A stretch of DNA of 52,451 bases, taken from assembly GCA_031430715.1 (NCBI GenBank), contig JANPCA010000606.1, positions 1 to 52,451 of the forward strand. Direction: 5' to 3'. Shown here one piece after another: positions 49,384 through 52,451 of the stretch. The notes below the pieces were generated by a model. It worked only from the letters and a program-made list of their open reading frames with translations. It did not search any database and had not been told where the DNA came from. Both the position numbers and the translations under genes were made by a program. The first letter of the stretch is position 1, and each line of letters opens with the position of its first letter. Source of the stretch: Hyphomicrobiales bacterium. Its GTDB lineage: Bacteria; Pseudomonadota; Alphaproteobacteria; Rhizobiales; Aestuariivirgaceae.

Positions 49384-50649
49384 ATGGCCGAACAACGTAA
49401 AGCGGGACCGCTGGCACGCGATGCCATGGCCTATGTGCTGGCCGGCGGGCGCGGCAGCCGCTTGATGGAATTGACCGACCGGCGTGCCAAGCCGGCGGTG
49501 CCCTTCGGCGGCAAGTCGCGCATCATCGATTTCGCGCTGTCCAATGCCTTGAATTCCGGCATCCGCCGCATCGGCGTCGCCACTCAGTACAAGGCCCACA
49601 GCCTGATCCGCCACATGCAGCGCGGCTGGAACTTCTTCAGGCCTGAGCGCAACGAGAGCTTCGACATTCTCCCCGCCTCGCAGCGCGTCTCCGAGGATCA
49701 GTGGTATGCGGGCACCGCCGACGCCATCTACCAGAACCTCGACATCATCGAAACGCACCGCGTCAAATACATGGTCGTGCTGGCCGGTGACCATATCTAC
49801 AAGATGGACTACGAGCTGATGCTGCAGCAGCATGTCGACAGTGGCGCCGACGTCACCATCGGCTGCCTCGAAGTGCCGCGCATGGAGGCGGTGGGCTTCG
49901 GCGTCATGCATGTCGATACCGAGGACCGCATCACCGCCTTCCTCGAAAAGCCCAAGGATCCGCCGGGCATTCCCGGCAATCCGGAGATGGCGTTGGCCTC
50001 CATGGGCATCTATGTCTTCGAGACCAATTTCCTCGCCGATCAATTGCGCCAGGACGCCGCCGACCCGAAGTCGAGCCGCGATTTCGGCAAGGACATCATT
50101 CCGAAGATCGTCACCGGCGGCAAGGCGGTGGCGCACCGCTTCACGCAATCCTGCGTGCGCTCGGCGCAAGAAGCGGAAGCCTATTGGCGCGATGTCGGAA
50201 CGGTCGATGCCTATTGGGAAGCCAACATCGACCTGACTGAAACGCTGCCCGCTCTCGATCTCTACGACCAGAATTGGCCGGTGTGGACCTATGGCGAGGT
50301 GACGCCGCCCGCCAAGTTCGTCCATGACATCGAGGGCCGCCGCGGCCAGGCCGTCGCCTCGCTGGTTTCGGGCGGCTGCATGGTGTCGGGCTCCTCGGTG
50401 CTGCACAGCCTGCTGTTCACCGGCGTCAAGGTCAATTCCTTCTCGCGCCTCGAAGGAGCAGTCGTGCTGCCGCATGTCAATGTCGGGCGCAATTGCTCGC
50501 TGAAGAAGGTGGTGATCGACAGCGGTGTGGCGATCCCCGAGGGCCTCGTCGTCGGCGAGGACCCGGAACTCGACGCCCAGCGCTTCCGGCGCACGGCGAG
50601 CGGCATCTGCCTGATCACCAAACCGATGATCGACCGGCTGGCCCTATGA
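49384..50649 (+). CDS. glgC: Glucose-1-phosphate adenylyltransferase
   Basis: Motifs [32 protein letters not shown] and YWRDVGT. Confidence 0.97.
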   Translation: MAEQRKAGPLARDAMAYVLAGGRGSRLMELTDRRAKPAVPFGGKSRIIDFALSNALNSGIRRIGVATQYKAHSLIRHMQRGWNFFRPERNESFDILPASQRVSEDQWYAGTADAIYQNLDIIETHRVKYMVVLAGDHIYKMDYELMLQQHVDSGADVTIGCLEVPRMEAVGFGVMHVDTEDRITAFLEKPKDPPGIPGNPEMALASMGIYVFETNFLADQLRQDAADPKSSRDFGKDIIPKIVTGGKAVAHRFTQSCVRSAQEAEAYWRDVGTVDAYWEANIDLTETLPALDLYDQNWPVWTYGEVTPPAKFVHDIEGRRGQAVASLVSGGCMVSGSSVLHSLLFTGVKVNSFSRLEGAVVLPHVNVGRNCSLKKVVIDSGVAIPEGLVVGEDPELDAQRFRRTASGICLITKPMIDRLAL

Positions 50650-52076
50650 AGGTTCTGTCGGCGGCCTCCGAGCTTTACCCGCTGGTGAAGACCGGTGGGC
50701 TGGCGGATGTGACGGGCGCCTTGCCGGGAGCGCTCAAGTCGCAAGGCGTCGAGATGCGCTCGCTCGTGCCGGGCTATCCGGCGGTCTTGGCGGCGCTGCA
50801 CCAGCCGCAAGTCCTGTTCCGCTACAACGATCTGTTCGGCGGCGAAGCGCGCCTCCTCGGCGCCACGGCGAAGGGCGCCGACGTCATCGCCATCGATGCG
50901 CCGCATCTCTACGGCAGGCCGGGCAATCCCTATCTCGGCCCCGACGGCAAGGACTGGCCCGACAATGCCCAGCGCTATGGTGCCCTGTCGCTGGCGGCGG
51001 CCGATGTGGCGCGCGGCGCCATTGCCGGCTATCAGCCCGACCTGCTGCACGCCCATGACTGGCAGGCGGCCCTGGCGCCGGTCTATCTCAAATTCCGCGG
51101 TGGGCCGAAGACGGTGATGACCGTCCACAACATCGCCTTCCAGGGCCAGTTCCCCGCTTCGCTCTTCGCGTCGCTGGACCTGCCGGCCCAGGCCTTCTCC
51201 ATCGATGGCGTGGAATATTACGGCAATGTCTGCTTCCTCAAAGGTGGCCTCGCCTCGGCTGATGCCATCACCACGGTCAGCCCCTCCTACGCCCAGGAAA
51301 TCTGCACGCCAGAGTATGGCATGGGGCTTGATGGCCTGCTGCGGTCCAGGCGCCACCTGGTCAGCGGCATCGTCAATGGCATCGATACGGATGTGTGGAA
51401 CCCGGCCACGGACGCGGACATCGCAACCTCCTATGCCGCCAAGTCGCTCGACAAACGCCGCGCCAACAAGCGTTCGATCGAGAAGCGCTTCGGTCTCGAT
51501 GAAGGCGGCGGCATACTGCATGGCGTGGTCAGCCGCCTCACCTGGCAGAAGGGCATGGACATCTTTGCCGCGAGCCTCGACGCGCTGGTGGCATCGGGTG
51601 CCAGGCTGGCGCTGATCGGTACCGGCGAAGCGGCCATCGAGCGGGCGATCCTCACCGCCGCCGAGCAGCACAAGGGCCGCATCGGCGTGGTGATGGGCTA
51701 TGACGAGGCCCTGTCGCATCTGATGCAGGCCGGTTGCGATACGATCCTGGTGCCGTCGCGCTTCGAGCCCTGCGGCCTCACCCAGCTCTATGGTTTGCGC
51801 TATGGTTGCGTGCCTGTGGTGGCGCGTACCGGCGGGCTGGCGGATACGGTGATCGATGCCAATGACGCGGCGCTTAATGCCGGCGTGGCGACCGGCTTCC
51901 AGTTTTCGCCCGTCGACGGGCCGTCACTTGAACATGCCCTCACCCGCGCCGCAAGAACCTATGCGAATACCAAGGCCTGGACCGAGATTCAGAAGCGCGG
52001 CATGGAGACCGACGTCTCCTGGGACCGCAGTGCCGCCGCCTATGCCGAACTCTACCGCAATCTTCTCAAAGCCTGA
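50646..52076 (+). CDS. glgA: Glycogen synthase
   Basis: Motifs [29 protein letters not shown] and [12 protein letters not shown]. Confidence 0.97.
   Translation: MKVLSAASELYPLVKTGGLADVTGALPGALKSQGVEMRSLVPGYPAVLAALHQPQVLFRYNDLFGGEARLLGATAKGADVIAIDAPHLYGRPGNPYLGPDGKDWPDNAQRYGALSLAAADVARGAIAGYQPDLLHAHDWQAALAPVYLKFRGGPKTVMTVHNIAFQGQFPASLFASLDLPAQAFSIDGVEYYGNVCFLKGGLASADAITTVSPSYAQEICTPEYGMGLDGLLRSRRHLVSGIVNGIDTDVWNPATDADIATSYAAKSLDKRRANKRSIEKRFGLDEGGGILHGVVSRLTWQKGMDIFAASLDALVASGARLALIGTGEAAIERAILTAAEQHKGRIGVVMGYDEALSHLMQAGCDTILVPSRFEPCGLTQLYGLRYGCVPVVARTGGLADTVIDANDAALNAGVATGFQFSPVDGPSLEHALTRAARTYANTKAWTEIQKRGMETDVSWDRSAAAYAELYRNLLKA

Positions 52077-52451
<375 letters not shown>

Overview
GC-rich alphaproteobacterial (Hyphomicrobiales-like, inferred from gene content and REP families) chromosomal window in two parts. 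Bases 1 to about 29.5 kb are accessory catabolic modules: (i) a SgcQ/BtpA gene, xylose-isomerase-like gene and PfkB kinase; (ii) an acetone-carboxylase-like operon whose genes appear shortened by internal deletions, with AcxA-, AcxB-, choline-sulfatase- and SDR-like genes reduced to in-frame remnants and only the gamma subunit intact; (iii) an amine or amino-alcohol catabolic locus with a kinase-M23-PLP triple fusion, a class III aminotransferase and a Liv-type ABC transporter, divergent from an RpiR, isochorismatase-family, glutamine-synthetase-like, N-formylglutamate-amidohydrolase operon; (iv) a small basic HTH protein, a 2OG-Fe(II) oxygenase and an FAD monooxygenase; (v) an IclR locus with a sugar-type ABC transporter, a lactonase-like amidohydrolase and two aspartoacylase-type deacylases, one of them also internally deleted. 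From 29.6 kb the window is mostly core: trpA (with no adjacent trpB), accD, folC, vapBC, a corrinoid activator and methyl-THF methyltransferase module, a beta-oxidation trio, sdaA, an EamA transporter and glgP-glgB-glgC-glgA-pgm. Two REP-type palindromes are present. No rRNA, tRNA, CRISPR array, integrase or transposase was recognised. All family calls come from motif recognition, not database searches.
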